Positions 63,522-64,000 of a stretch of 64,000 bases of DNA are shown here, one piece after another. How positions within the stretch are numbered: position 1 is the stretch's first letter; each line of letters starts with the position of its first letter. The translations under genes and the position numbers were made by a program. The stretch spans positions 35,006 to 99,005 of the forward strand of contig JAPLXH010000007.1 in assembly GCA_026396195.1 (NCBI GenBank). Direction: 5' to 3'. The DNA is from Candidatus Nealsonbacteria bacterium. Its GTDB lineage: Bacteria > Patescibacteriota > Minisyncoccia > Minisyncoccales > JAGGXC01. The notes under the pieces are model-generated. The model saw only the letters and a program-made list of their open reading frames with translations. It was not told the DNA's origin and did not search any database.

Positions 63522-64000
63522 ATGGATATTAAAATTTTTGCTTCCGCCATTGCTCAAATTGCCGAAGAAAAAGGCATTGCTGAAGAAAAAGTATTTGAGA
63601 TTATCGAGCAGGCAATAGCTGCGGCTTATAAAAAAGATTACGGACAGAAGGGACAAAAAATTGAAGCCAAGCTTAATCAAAAAACCGGCGAGGTTAAATT
63701 TTGGCAGGTTAAATTGGTTGTTGACCAAGGAATGCTTCTTACTGACGAAGAGCTGGAAAAAATGAAGGCCGAAAATAAAGAAGAATTTGAAGAAAAAGAA
63801 GGAGAGCCGAAAGAAAAGAAAGTAAAATTTAATCCGGAACGTCATATTATGATAGAGGAAGCCGAGAAAACGGATTCTAAAATTAAAGTTGGCGAAGAAT
63901 TAAAAATTCTTTTAAAAACCCAGGAAGATTACGGCAGAATTGCCGCCCAGACTGCCAAACAAGTGATTTTACAAAGAATAAAAGAGGCGGAAAGAGACAC
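63522..64000 (+). CDS. nusA: Transcription termination factor NusA (5' part, runs off the window)
   Basis: MDIKIFASAIAQIAEEKGI..AAYKKDY..GRIAAQTAKQVILQRIKEAER; TTGACC-17-TAAACT promoter upstream. Confidence 0.95.
   Translation, partial: MDIKIFASAIAQIAEEKGIAEEKVFEIIEQAIAAAYKKDYGQKGQKIEAKLNQKTGEVKFWQVKLVVDQGMLLTDEELEKMKAENKEEFEEKEGEPKEKKVKFNPERHIMIEEAEKTDSKIKVGEELKILLKTQEDYGRIAAQTAKQVILQRIKEAERD

Noticed and set aside
1-64000. Alternative genetic code (UGA=Gly)
   Set aside because: Conserved genes are full length under code 11, and TGA ends genes such as mutM, ruvC, rnpA and yraN

Overview
AT-rich (roughly one-third GC), gene-dense bacterial chromosome segment using genetic code 11. The gene set and style point to Patescibacteria/CPR, probably Parcubacteria (inference): a VirB4-PrgI-VirB6-like cluster with pilin-like genes, mostly SD-less A/T leaders, tRNAs without encoded CCA, and small intragenic palindromic repeats. 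The window spans the origin region (dnaN-dnaA-[oriC]-rpmH-rnpA-yidD-yidC-jag) and many housekeeping genes (metK, murE, uvrB, rpsT, holA, mutM, tsaE, ruvC, tyrS, pnp, rpsO, cca, nusA). Main observations: (1) a complete tRNA-Arg(CCG) gene nested in a 107-nt insertion in the anticodon loop of a second tRNA-Arg gene (most likely UCU), directly downstream of a Trm9/ALKBH8-like methyltransferase that is head-to-head with Elp3, with rtcA 3 kb away; (2) an HTH/coiled-coil gene carrying 14 short DNA palindromes read in different frames, like an iteron or centromere array inside its own ORF; (3) two promoter- and terminator-bounded rod-shaped ncRNA candidates; (4) a stand-alone transcription unit for a 40-aa acidic microprotein; (5) small palindromic repeats inserted in-frame in genes, one nested in itself; (6) a frameshifted CCA-adding enzyme gene. 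All calls are by eye from sequence motifs; no database searches were run.
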